A stretch of 41,364 nucleotides of DNA, taken from the NCBI GenBank assembly GCA_051941275.1, contig JAVEBF010000041.1, positions 1 through 41,364 of the forward strand. The letters are read 5' to 3'. The DNA comes from Dirinaria sp. TL-2023a. Its lineage: Eukaryota. The notes under the pieces are model-generated. The model did not search any database and was not told the DNA's origin. It saw only the letters and a list, made by a program, of their open reading frames with translations. The position numbers and the translations under genes were made by a program. This document shows, piece by piece, positions 22,601-34,797 of this stretch (within the stretch, counting starts at the first letter, position 1; each line of letters starts with the position of its first letter).

Positions 22601-25384
22601 ATGTTGCACGAATCAACTTCACGACCTCCCCCGATCCCACCGCGAACCTCTGTGCGCACTCCAGAACGGAGACGGAAGTCGTTGCCCGCAAGGACCTTGG
22701 CCACTGCGCCCAAGCAACGGTCTGGAAACAGGGTCAATGTTCGACCGGCCTCGAATGAAGTCATCTCCTCCCTCATTGAGACCCTCGAAATCATTTCCTC
22801 ACCGGCCGAACACCATTTCGAGAAGTCGCCCACTATAGCTGCCTCGTATTCGACCCCTACTTCGCCGCGCACTTGGCAGGCCGGTTATCACTTCCCACTG
22901 GTGTTCCCGGATGGCTATGCCTATAAATCCGACCCGGCAAACTCAACTCAGCTGCCGTTCGAAAGCGAGTTGTCAAGCTATCCTTCTCAAGACGGCTCGC
23001 TATTCGATCTGGACGATGCTGCAAGTATGGGCGACGTGCCTCGAAGACAGTCCCCGAATTATCCTCAAGAGAAGGTTTTCCGAGCGAGCTCGACCGCTGG
23101 GGAAGAACTCCACGGTGATGCTTTGAGTATCGGAAAGCTTAGCATTGAGCCTGGGAACAGGCATTCCTCTGTCAGCATAGCATCAGGAGCAAGCAGGAAC
23201 TTGAAAGGCTGGCCAAGTCTCAAGGATCTGCGGCTTAAAATGTCAAAAGATCGAATGCGGGAAGATAGAAGTCGGCTGTACGTTGGGGAAGATAGTCGCA
23301 CGGCTCGTACGCCTAGTCCCAGTCCGCTGCGGATGCGGTTATCTGGCTCTCCAACGGGTTCGGAGAGCGCAGCTGGCTTTAGCAATAACCCAAGTCCAAT
23401 TCACATACCCAAACGTACATCATCAGCCCGTCATACTAGCGTTACGCCAGAACTTGACAGTAAATCGCTTGCGTCGGATGCCAGCCCAAGCAGCGTCAGT
23501 AGTCCACGCCGAGTCCCTTTGAGAGATTCATCCCTCAGGCACAGTTTCAGTGTGAGCCCAGCTCAAAGCAAACGAAATTCTGATCGCGGTAGTCGTCGCG
23601 AATCTCTGCACGCTCGAAAGTCCTCGTACGAACTCCAGTCAGAGGTTCCAGGGCAGGAACTCGCCCAGGTGCTTGATGAACTTGCAGAGGATGATGTCTC
23701 TCGCCGAATCAAAGAGCTTAAGGACCAAAAACGGTTGAGGGAGCATGAACTGATGGTTGCTACCCCACATTTGCCAGAGACCGAGCGAGCTCCTGCGACT
23801 AGACTGGACACCCTCAGATTACAGCTTAGCAGTGAAACTCTTGAGAATCCAAAGCAAGACGAGTTGTCTATGTTATCCTCGGCTCCCACATCACCTCCGA
23901 TCGAGGTCGATGCAGAGGCTAGTGCGCCTCCTCCGCAGATATCGCAAAGGGTAGAACGCAACGGCAGTCCAAGACTTAGCTCGCTGCTAAACAGACCTCC
24001 ACAGGAACATCCCGCATACAGACGGCCTCTGGATGTGCCACGCATGCATAGCAGCCCTCCTCAGAGGTCCAATTCAAAGCTTTTTCGGCGTCTTTCACGG
24101 CCAACTAGCCCGACAATTGCAGCCAAGCACAGAAGGACCTACTCAGGAGGAGTGCTGCAGCCGCGAAGCCCTGTTGAAGATGAACCCACAAGTGCCGATC
24201 CGATTGACGAAGCTGTACACACTTATCTTTCTTCTTCAAGATTTTCGCAGAAAGTCTGTGATCCACTGACAGGGCGTGTTATCTCGTTCTCGGACGTTGG
24301 CGATCCTGCAGGCTCCGTGGTCATTTGCTGTGTGGGAATGGGTCTGACAAGGTACATCATGGCATTTTACGACGAGTTAGCTGTGACGCTCAAGCTTCGA
24401 CTCATTACTCCGGACCGCCCTGGCGTCGGGTCGAGCGAGCCTCACCCGGAGGGCTCAGATACACCGCTGGGCTGGCCGGATGATGTACGCGCTATCTGTG
24501 CTCACCTAAAGATAAATAAATTTTCTATCCTTGCGCACTCAGCCGGCGCCATCTACGCCTTGGCTACCGCTCTCCGAATGCCGCAGCATATTCGTGGTCG
24601 TATCCACCTCCTAGCGCCATGGATTCCGCCATCCCAGATGTCCGCTATAGGTACCCAGCAAGAAGCCTTGCCCGCTAGTGCTTTGCCCTACTCGCAGCGC
24701 TTTTTGAGATCGCTACCTACAACGTTTCTCAAGGCAGCAAACTCAAGCTGGCTAAGTGCTACGAGTGCAAGTGTGACTACAAGTCTCCCGAAATCACCGC
24801 GGCAATCGAAACGCAAGGGCAAGGGCGCCGGGACGCCGGAGCCAAGCGGGAGTAGTCGTAATGACTCTCTAAGCCCACAATCGCCACATCTTAATGATCA
24901 CAATGCGAAGCCTGTACCTCTTGATAGGGAAAACATATGCCTTGAGAATCCAGCAGTGAGGCCACCGCTGACCAACAGTGCAACGTCTCGCCTCGCAGAA
25001 AAAGAGCGTCTTCATAATTACGATACGCGACTTAGTGAGGGGATATGGGAACATGCCACTACCTGCGCCAACCCAGCGGTGGATCTGCTGGTCTGCCTCG
25101 AGCGTCGACAGCCGATCGGCTTCAGATATGTGGACATCACCAAATCCATCGTCATTCATCACGGCAGCAAAGATAGTCGAGTACCAGTCGAGAATGTCAA
25201 ATGGCTAGCGAAAACAATGCGCAAATGCGAAGTCCGAGTCCTTCCCGGGGAGGGGCACGGGTTAATGGCGTCTGCTGGCGTTATGGGAAACGTCCTGATG
25301 GACATGGCAAAAGAGTGGGAGGATTGGAACCGTATTACACGAGGACGAGCTGGCATGGAGAGGAGAGCGACTGCTGGGATATGA
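22601..25384 (+). CDS. Alpha/beta hydrolase with a ~530 aa Ser/Pro/Arg-rich N-terminus; single exon, 927 aa
   Basis: GRVISFSDVGDP, LITPDRPGVGSS, nucleophile motif AHSAG, HHGSKDSRVP (Asp), GEGHGLM (His). Confidence 0.9.
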   Translation: MLHESTSRPPPIPPRTSVRTPERRRKSLPARTLATAPKQRSGNRVNVRPASNEVISSLIETLEIISSPAEHHFEKSPTIAASYSTPTSPRTWQAGYHFPLVFPDGYAYKSDPANSTQLPFESELSSYPSQDGSLFDLDDAASMGDVPRRQSPNYPQEKVFRASSTAGEELHGDALSIGKLSIEPGNRHSSVSIASGASRNLKGWPSLKDLRLKMSKDRMREDRSRLYVGEDSRTARTPSPSPLRMRLSGSPTGSESAAGFSNNPSPIHIPKRTSSARHTSVTPELDSKSLASDASPSSVSSPRRVPLRDSSLRHSFSVSPAQSKRNSDRGSRRESLHARKSSYELQSEVPGQELAQVLDELAEDDVSRRIKELKDQKRLREHELMVATPHLPETERAPATRLDTLRLQLSSETLENPKQDELSMLSSAPTSPPIEVDAEASAPPPQISQRVERNGSPRLSSLLNRPPQEHPAYRRPLDVPRMHSSPPQRSNSKLFRRLSRPTSPTIAAKHRRTYSGGVLQPRSPVEDEPTSADPIDEAVHTYLSSSRFSQKVCDPLTGRVISFSDVGDPAGSVVICCVGMGLTRYIMAFYDELAVTLKLRLITPDRPGVGSSEPHPEGSDTPLGWPDDVRAICAHLKINKFSILAHSAGAIYALATALRMPQHIRGRIHLLAPWIPPSQMSAIGTQQEALPASALPYSQRFLRSLPTTFLKAANSSWLSATSASVTTSLPKSPRQSKRKGKGAGTPEPSGSSRNDSLSPQSPHLNDHNAKPVPLDRENICLENPAVRPPLTNSATSRLAEKERLHNYDTRLSEGIWEHATTCANPAVDLLVCLERRQPIGFRYVDITKSIVIHHGSKDSRVPVENVKWLAKTMRKCEVRVLPGEGHGLMASAGVMGNVLMDMAKEWEDWNRITRGRAGMERRATAGI

Positions 25385-26046
25385 CATGATATCGCTACCT
25401 TTTAAAAGCGACGTTGACTGCATCTATAGCGTTCTTGCTTGAGATACCAGACCCTTCAGGGCCATGTTGTGATATCTTGGAGGATGAGACTTAGCACGAT
25501 ACTTACAAACGTAATGTTTACTTTATTAATCTGGGTGTCTCTGTTATCCTCGGGATCGAAACGATTCATGTTGCCCTTTACCATGATCACGTGTTACTGT
25601 CAGGGTCTCCTGCCAAGACTGTCTCGACTGCCTCTCCCAGTCTCCCTCGCTCCCTCGGAACAAGGCAGTTGTGCCCGACCACATCTCCATGCAAGCCTCC
25701 TGCAGCGGACCTGGATCGGCATCTACGGCACCTTCTGTCGCCCCATGATCTTCGATATTGGTTGCTTCCTGCTCGTCATTCGGCCTCCCCAGTCATACAC
25801 AATGTGACATAAGTACTCCTCCTACCGCTCTCGGCATTTTCGCTACATTTTGCTACCACTACCGTGCCACCTGCATGCAGCCAACTGATCTTGTGTCCTC
25901 CGAAGTTTGCAACAGCTAAGGTACGTACCTCCGCTGCAACGCTTTCCCGCCAGCGCGAATGCAATAGTCGCGCAGGGAACAACAGTTGCTACAGGATAAA
26001 ATTTTTGCTAAGAAGCCGCTTTTTCTTGCGCTCTTCGATCACCAGC

Positions 26047-26966
26047 ATGCCTTCAACACGGCGCCTCAAGACCTTTACCTTTCTACTTGTGGTTGCCGTT
26101 TGCACAATTTTCTACCTCACAGTGGGTCTTTCAGCAGAGAGTTCCTTTCGTCTTTAGGAGTATCCATCTAATGGAATGCAGAACGATGCGCGCCGCGCCG
26201 CTTCCCAAGACTTCTACACCAACACCGTCAACGCCTTGAATGCAAAAGACAGTGCCTCGCAGCATGATTCTTCCGATCTCCATGATGTCAGGGAAGCTGC
26301 CAAAAAGGGCGCAATACCAGAGACGGGTGGTTTGCCGAGACAAGCTGGAGCGAAGCAACAAGCGCCCCTGGAGATCCCAGTGCCTACGAAAGGACTAGAT
26401 GAGGAGAAGGAAGGAAAGGGTTCAAAAGTCGTGGGAGGTAGACAGCCGATAAAGGGAGGCGAGAAGTGGGATATGGCGACTGGGAAGGAGGCGCCTGTGA
26501 AGGATGGGAAGGGGAAGAAGGGAAAAGAGGAAGAGAAGGAGAGCAAGGAGGAGCATGAAGTTGAAGTGGAATTGAACGGGATTCTGAAGAAAGGGCCCAG
26601 TAAACCTCCTTTCATCCCACTTGAAGCACGGCTAGGCAGCCCAGAGCTAACGAGATGGTTGCAGTAATTGTCTTCTCGAAATCCTACTGCCCTTTCTCAG
26701 CCAAAGCCAAGAACATCCTACTCAAGAAATACATTATTGTCCCAGAACCATACGTTGTGGAGCTAGATCAGCATCCCTTGGGCAACGGACTGCAAGCACA
26801 TCTTGCGAAGAGCACAGGAAGGAGAACAGTACCGAATGTGCTAATCAATGGAAAGAGCATAGGTGGTGGGGACGAGGTTGAGGCATTGGATACTAGCGGA
26901 GCTCTGATTGAGAAAGTAAAGAGTATGGGCGGTAAAAGGATCATGGAGGCCAAGCTCGCATCCTGA
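26047..26966 (+). CDS. Secretory-pathway monothiol glutaredoxin (Grx6/7-like); introns 26122-26181 and 26600-26664
   Basis: N-terminal signal anchor MPSTRRLKTFTFLLVVAVCTIFYLT; active site FSKSYCPFS; TGRRTVPNVLINGKSIGGGD. Confidence 0.9.
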
Positions 26967-27421
26967 AAACTTGAGGGTCAGGATTCACGAGTCCCAGATG
27001 GCTGTATATACATTATGCAAGACGGCTGCGGAGTTGGGTTAATAGGCTAGCGAGGATGTTTTGGTTCTCAGGACGGCAGGCAGCTTTTCGTCTGGTTTTG
27101 GATACCCCTTGTACATATCGCGTGGTCGACGGGGATGTTCGGTATGGCGGAATTCTGCGTAGCATTGCCAAAGTAATTCTTTCATAAACTAGAACACATC
27201 ATACGTGTCGCACGTCTCATCCAATTGCTTCTCGCCGCTGCACAGTTCGCTCATCTGGCATGTAAGGTACACTACCGACCTACATATCGTGCTGGTGCCC
27301 CCACCTCGAATAGACCCGGACGTGAGTCTGGGGAACTGCGCGTAAAGCTCTTGAACGTTGCGCTCCCTCGAAGTGATCCTTGCTTCAATACTATTACGAT
27401 ATTTGACAAAAAATTCCTACA

Positions 27422-28350
27422 ATGGCCGCTTCAGCGCAATCTAACACATCAATACTACCAGACTACAAAGTCGCCTTTCTGAAGTCTTGCCTTTCGGCCA
27501 ACGTTCTCACTTTCGGGACCTACACCCTTAAATCTGGGCGACGTACGTATTCGCGCTTCTACCATACACACAGTTGTTGAAAGATTTCTTCTGACTGTAT
27601 AGAATCTCCATACTTCTTCAACGCCGGCTCCTTCCACACTTCCGCCCTGCTCTCGGCCATCTCTACCGCCTACGCCAATACCATCGTTTCTTTCCTTGCT
27701 TCCCACCCTTCTGTGCCGAAACCGGACGTCATTTTTGGGTAGGGAGTCCTCCTGCGGCAGTTATTGTTCTCCAATGGAATGGGTCAGAGTTACAGAACAT
27801 GATTTTCCAGCAGAGGCCGCTTTCAAGCTCAGAAAGATCGCTGACTGGAGGAATTTTCAGCCCGGCTTACAAGGGAATCCCACTTGCTTGCTGTACGCTC
27901 CTTGAACTCAACCGCCTCGACGCAGCAACCTGGTCGTCCGTCTCCTACAGCTTCAATCGGAAAGAAGCCAAAGACCATGGTGAAGGCGGCGGGATCGTGG
28001 GTGCCGGGCTGAAAGGGAAGAATGTCCTCGTCATCGATGATGTGATCACTGCGGGCACCGCTATGAGAGAGACGATACGATTAGTGGCTAAGGAAGGGGG
28101 AAGGGTCGTAGGCTTTACTGTTGCGTTGGATCGAATGGAGAAAATGCCCGGGCCGCGAGAGAAGGAGGATGGAGTGGATGATGGGGAACCTCGAATGAGT
28201 GCTATGGGCCAGATCAGAGATGAGTTCGGAGTGCCGACTGCGAGTATCGTGACGCTGGACGATCTGATTGCCGTTTTGAGGAGTAAAGGGGATGGCGGCG
28301 ATTTGGAGAGGTTAGAGGATTACAGAGGGAGATATCACGCCAGTGATTGA
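27422..28350 (+). CDS. URA5: Orotate phosphoribosyltransferase; two introns (about 27543-27602 and 27739-27860)
   Basis: VLTFGTYTLKSGR.SPYFFNAG, VIFG|PAYKGIPL, FNRKEAKDHGEGG, and the PRPP-binding motif VIDDVITAGTA. Confidence 0.97.
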
Positions 28351-28758
28351 AGAGGACGGACGATGAGACTGATGGACCGAAAGTATGCGGGCTTCTTTCA
28401 ACGCAAATATAATTGGTCACTGTACTCTCCACGATTGATTATACGAAGATGTTCGATCATACAACTCCCGATGCTAGTTTTCATAGCTGTATGTGCCTGA
28501 GTTGGACAGCTATCATCATTGTATGAGAAGATCCGCGATGGTTTTCTTGCAGCTCAATAGGTACCGATCATTTGAATCTTGTAGAAGATACCTGACTTAC
28601 ATTATTTTAGTGGGGCAAAAAGTTTTGTTACTGATATTCGCATTATGTTCTATTCCACTTCGGCATTAGCGCCTCGAGCCCTCGCTAAGCGATGCCCACG
28701 AACTCGCATTATCGACTCTCCACCTCCATACCTTTATGTGCCTTGACAAACCGCGAAG

Positions 28759-29598
28759 ATGAAGTACATTCATTCCCAGGAATCGTTGACGATTCCGGAC
28801 AATGGTGAGCTCCCAATTCCCTCCAATGGTCGCCGGGAAGAGCCAACATCGACCGTTGATCTATGGAACTGACCGTGCTACAGTCAAGATCCACATCAAA
28901 TCCCGGGTTGTTACGGTGGAGGGCCCAAGAGGTACAGAATGCACCAAGCAAGCAAGCATTTGAAAGCGACTCATTAGAGCCAGGCAAATTGGTCAAGAAC
29001 ATGGCGCATCTGGCAGTCTGCTTCTCCAACCCTTCTCGCAACATTGTCAACATCGAATTACACCACGGCGCCCGCAAGAGTGTCGCTACCCTCCGCACAG
29101 TCAAAACTATCATCAACAACCTGATCATCGGCGTCACAAGGGGCTTCAAATATAAGATGCGATACGTCTACGCGCATTTTCCCATTAACGTCAACATCGA
29201 GAAGAATCCCGAGACTGGGCTCTACGAGGTTGAGATTCGGTGCGTTTGATAGAGAGAAGCATATCGAGCTTTGAAACCAGGGAACAAATGCTGATATGAG
29301 TACGCGGTTCAGAAATTTCCTCGGTGAAAAAATCGTACGGAGAGTCACAATGCAGGAGGGCGTGGATGTGGAGCAGTCGAAGAACCAAAAGGACGAGATA
29401 CAGCTTACCGGAAACTCGCTCGAAAACGTTTCGCAAAGCGCTGCCGATATCCAACAGATCTGCAGAGTCAGGAATAAGGATATTCGGAAGGTACGTGCAT
29501 TTTGGGCTTGTGAAAAGTGCTGCGGCTGATGCTGATTCCACCCTTAGTTCTTGGACGGTCTGTACGTATCCGAGAGAGGGAACATCGAAGCCGAATGA
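28759..29598 (+). CDS. RPL9: 60S ribosomal protein L9 (uL6), 5 exons
   Basis: [32 protein letters not shown]...[22 protein letters not shown]...RNFLGEK...[23 protein letters not shown]. Confidence 0.97.
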
Positions 29599-30577
29599 GG
29601 GTAACAACGTGAGGAGTTGGTAGAGGCATCAAAAGGGATTGACTGCATGCTCCCTGCATCATAGCATAGGACGATTTTCAATCAGCAGGCTTTATCACCC
29701 CGTCGTTGCATACCCTTCTCCCGAACCATGCAGTATTACCCCCGGCTCCGCTCCTACTGAATATTCCGAAGTGATTGCAAACATATATTTATTGATCCCA
29801 CTCAGGTCTGGGTAGGAAGGGTATTGACGGACAGACTCGTTGGGAGACTCTGTTCAGCTTTCATGGAGATATCTTTGCACCAATTCATGGATTGAGGGCA
29901 ACAACAATCACCCGTTTCCAATTTTGCTGGTGATGCGGCTCGCCGCGAACAACGTACGAGTAGCGCGATTAGGCTGACTACTGGACCGTCACAAACCAAC
30001 ATGTAACCCTTGGCCGTGACTGGCCAATGTTTCGGCAAAGAGTCAGGATTGGCTTCCCGCAGTGGGAGCTTGATAACACTCCAACTTTGGTACCACTAAT
30101 GAGTGATCACATTTAGCGCTCCTTTCCGATTGTTATGAATTGTCAAGTCAGCGAGCCATACATGACTGTATTTCCGACTACGAGGTGTCGAGAAAAATAT
30201 AGCCAAGACTGTCCCTTGGGGAGGCTCGGAGCCTCGGAGGGTTTGGAATTGAACCGTTTGTAGTCTGGCATCCGCGTTGCCTAATTGGTGATAGGGCAAA
30301 CGCTTCCATGGCGGCTATCTCGCAGACTAAGAGTCTAAGACTGTAGATTTCCCCGCTAAACCTTCCCAACGTCATTGTTTCTTCCTTCGGCTGCTCGAGA
30401 ACAGGCCTCGGAAATCCTCAGGACCACTGTTCCATTGGCTGAAACCCCCGCTAGGACGCCACACCACCGGCCTACAAAAAGCAAGTATATCATCATGGCT
30501 ATCCTCGGAGCGAGCTTCACCGCGATCAGTTTCCCTATCTACGATTATCAGACTGCCTTCGCGCCTGATTGCTGCAG

Positions 30578-32751
30578 ATGGCTGAAGAAAAGGGCACCGG
30601 ACTTGGCGGTGTCGAAAAGCAGGGTCTGGAGCAAAATTCCACTTCTACTCCGTACGATGGCATAGTCAATGATCCTGAAATGGAGGGTTTGACCCTCTAC
30701 GAGAAGAAAGCCCTGCTTATAAATCGAGAGCTAGACAGTGAGTATTCCTTGGTCTCTCGTGAAATTCTCCGTTGAGAGTCTCTGTGAAACATTGTGCAAT
30801 GGGTCTAGTGCGCGATGCTCTGAATCGCGCGTAATGACATCTCTGCATTCACCTGAAAGATAATACTGACTCGGTCCTCCTCCAGGTCATGGCATGGGCA
30901 AGTACCAAGTAATTGAGCTGAGATGTGCCATTGCTGTTCAGAGCTAATTTAGAAAGTGGTACATTTTTTTCCTATGCGGTTTTGGCTACATGATCGATCT
31001 ACTGTATGCCCAAGCGTTCGGCTTGGTGGTTACACCTATGCAGAATGAATTAGGTTTTCCGCGTGAGAATGACTATCAAAGCGACTGTAAATGATTCAAA
31101 TACTTATCTCAGTACAGCGAAGCAGTACGGTAACTTATCTTCATCCTTCAGCGCAGGATTGACGGCTGGGGTAATGCATGGTTAGGTAGCGAAAAGTCTA
31201 CCAGTGTTGACCTTATTGACAGGCTTTCATCTGGGGTGTGTTGGTCGATATCATCGGTTGGTACTCTGACTTGCCTCGATTACCCCCAATTGTACGAGTA
31301 GAGTCTAACCACCTCACATAGGCCGTCAATATGCATTCAATTGCACGGTGCTGATCGCCTCAATATTCGGTCTTTGCCTTGGTGCACCATCGACTTATAG
31401 CGCAATCCTGGTCTTGACAGCCTTCACTGGCTTCGGGATCGGCGGCAATATTCCAATTGATACAACCATCTGCTTAGAGTTCATACCGCAGGTAGTCTGT
31501 TCTTAAAGATGCGAAGTCTCTCATTCTGATTGATTTTCCTAGAACCGCCGCTTTCTCTTAGCTTTGCTTTCCGTATTTCAGCCGATCGGTGTGGAAATCA
31601 CTTGCGGCATCGCTTACGGCTTCATCCCAAAATATTCTTGCGACACGGATCTGAAGGCTTGCAATATGGTAAGTCCTGGAGAGCCCTGCTGTACCAAGGC
31701 AAGCAATATGGGATGGCGATACACCTTGTTCACGCTAGGTGCTATCTGCCTATTCGTCTTTTTCCTACGCTTTGTGGTTTTTCGATTCCAGGAGTCCCCT
31801 AAGTATCTACTTTACCGAGGAAAAGACGAGAAAGCGGTCCAGGTGATGCACCACATTGCTAAGTTCAATGGCCGCGAAAGCGCTATTACCATGGAGGCAT
31901 TTGCAGCGTTGACAGATGAAGACTCTTCAATCGGGAGCCGCGATACGGGGACGCCAATACTGGGGGCCGGGCCGAAGCAACTCAAGACCTCGTTTGGTGA
32001 TAAGGTCAAACTGGAATTCTCGAGATACAAGATACTTTTTTCCTCAGCCACCATGACTCGCTTGACTATTCTGGTCTGGATAACATACGTTTTTGACTAT
32101 TGGGGTTTCAGCGTCGCAGGTAAAATATTCCCTTGGCTTTCGAGGGGAAACAGCTAATCTCTAGTTCAGGCTACTTTCTCCCTGGCATATTACTGGCTAA
32201 GAACCAAAGCATCAGTCTTGGACTTAAGCAGACCTACAGAGATTATGTGATCATCTATATCTGCGGGATACCAGGAGTTCTACTCGGGGCTTTGATGTAC
32301 GGTGTCCCTCGTGTGGGACGAAAATGGGCTATGGTATTCTCCTCGGCACTCATGGGGGTCTCTCTCTTCGTATTCGCAACGGTCAATACAGAGGCTTCGA
32401 ACATTGGCCTGAACGCTATGGAATATTTCTTCCAGAGCATGTTCAATGCCGTCCTGTATGGCTGGACACCGGAAGCATTCCCCGCACCCATCCGTGGCAC
32501 CGCTTGCGGTGTCGCAAGCTTTTGGGTAAGTCCCTCCTCTTGGCTCCTGCCTTCACCCGATCAAGGACGTTACTCACCATGGATAGGGTCGGCTGTTCTC
32601 TATCGTAGCCCCATTGATAGGGCAGCGAATGTACGACCCCGCCCATGGGGAGGTGAACCCTCCATTGTACATGGCGGGAGGCGTGGTCTTTATCTGCACG
32701 ATAGCTATTCTACTTATGCCTGCGAAGAGCATGGGGACTCAGAGTTTTTAG
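30578..32751 (+). CDS. MFS transporter (SV2-like / sugar-porter-related), about 9 exons
   Basis: LTLYEKKALLINRELD..GMGKYQWYIFFLCGFGY, WGVLVDIIGRQYAFN, GIGGNIPID, FQESPKYL, LYGWTPEAFPAPIRGTACG. Substrate unknown. Confidence 0.9.
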
Positions 32752-34797
32752 TAGACATTTACATGCCAGCATTATGTTTTCGAGTTACAGCAGACGGTTG
32801 GATGGAAATTTTGGACATTTCGACAAGAGATAGACGCATCGTAATGTACCTGAAACCAACATAGGTACCTTATCTTGTTGATTCGATGATCGAGAAAATT
32901 ACAGATGACGCAGGTAAGATACATCTACTAGTGTGGATTCCCCACAAGTACACATTGCAAGTGATTAAACATCCTGTGGGAACTACGATAGCATACTGGA
33001 ACCATGATGTCTCATTGAAGCCGATTGGCTTGGCCGTCTGAGTTTTGAAGATCCTTGTGATTCTATCAGTTTGAATCAATTAGAGAATCCAACCTCGTCA
33101 GTGGCTTCACGACAATGCATGCTCTGAGCGCATTTCGCGCAATGATGTCAAAAATTCAAATGCGAGGGCTCTGACCCGCGAAATCTCTAAACGTGTCAAA
33201 GGGTCTTTAAGAAACACAGAGGAAAAATCGCCATTAATGTGGCAGCAAGGCTGCTCACGGTAATATTGTAGAGTGCCGGCGTACAGAGCAGGCCCGAGAC
33301 ACAGCTCGCAGAGACACCAACAGCCACGATATGGCCCTATGCCAAAAAATTCAAGCGGCACTTGCTCTCCAAGCTCGATCACAAAACAAGAACGAGCAAT
33401 TCCAGTCCACAATTAGCGCGGCGCGATCTGCTGTCACCCGCTATGTACGACGAAAGACGCATAATGTAGGTGGGTAGTACATTATTGCCGGCTGCTGCCG
33501 AAGCAGAGCCAGTGAAACGACGGACTCTATCGTACGCTCTGTCATACGAGTATTCAATGATCTCGAAGTCTGGCCGCAAAGTTATGGCATGGGAAAGCAT
33601 ACAATTACCTAACCAAAACCGTAGATAAATAAGGACACGATATTTGACGAGAGTAGGTATCAAGCTCAAAGATCTGGGCAGGGCTGGCCTGCGGCATCGA
33701 ATAATAAATGCAGAGTGCTGGCAACTTGCACATGAACGCGTGATTGCGTAAGAATTATCCTACTCATGACAAGCGAGAAAGCCTGAGTATCTGCCATGTT
33801 TTGCTCGGGCAAGGCCGAGGCAAGGTACATGTGTGTTGTGGCGATACACGAGGGACAGTAATAATGACATTATTAAGGGACATCAAGGTACATTAGGTAC
33901 CCACTAACCTGCTCAGTAGTAAGGTAGCTGTAGGCTCGGGGCAATGCTTGAATTTTCCGCCGCGGGCATGCGGCAAAATTCTAGGGCATTATTGGAAAAA
34001 TAATAAGGTAATAAAATGTCAACGAGCCGCGAAGAGCCATTTTTTCAGGTAAGCGCGAATGGGGAATTCAACTAGACCGAATTTGGTATCCTGGTGGCGC
34101 CTTATCATGATAAGATTGAACCCCGGAGAAGAACAATGACCACCGAAGTAAACAACTGCATGAAGCTTCAAAGATAACTTGTTTCCTTGCCTGTGAAGTT
34201 TGAGCAAGATCCATCCCCCTCCCCCCATGCATGCAAAAGATGAACCCCGAGGCCGTCAGGGACTGCCTTAGCGCGCACGACATTCCGCCTTGTCAAGCTT
34301 GTCTAAGTGTCTAACCCTTTGCACTTAGTAGTGGCCAATCGCCGATACTTGACTGTCCTATCATCGATGGCCCAACACAAGTCGCAGCGCGGGATGGATT
34401 CGCCCAGAGCACGCTGGGGAAGCCTACCCTGGGTGAAGCTTGAAGAGGCTTTATGATGTATGACAACGATTATCACATCATCCCAGCACCGGCATGATTC
34501 CCCCAGGCCGGTAAGATCTCGAAGCTTTAGCGCCGCTTAGTTTGGCTCGTCCAAAAAACCCACTTCACTTAAAGAAGACCCTGTCGCCGGCCTCGTTCTG
34601 GCAAAAAGTTTCTGTCAAACGGACATCCAGCGCTCTCTTACAACGTACTCTCAGCCCGGGTTCGAGTGTCACATCCTCGAGCTCGTGCATTGGGAAGGAC
34701 TCCAGAGTTGGCGCTGCCATTCCTAGTGGTTAATGCTGCGCATCGTCGACGGAGCCTTCTTTTTCACCTCGTTCATTCACCATATCCGTAGCATAAA

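Noticed and set aside
26946..26966. Glutaredoxin ends AKLAS*; I also checked all stops for cryptic peroxisomal targeting by readthrough
   Set aside because: AKL is not terminal, and no called gene has the TGA-CTA readthrough context.
30739..30886. Hairpin GCGCGAT..ATCGCGC in the first MFS intron, considered as a possible TPP riboswitch
   Set aside because: It lacks the conserved TPP aptamer motifs (CUGAGA with downstream CUGAU...AAU...GCGNAGG).
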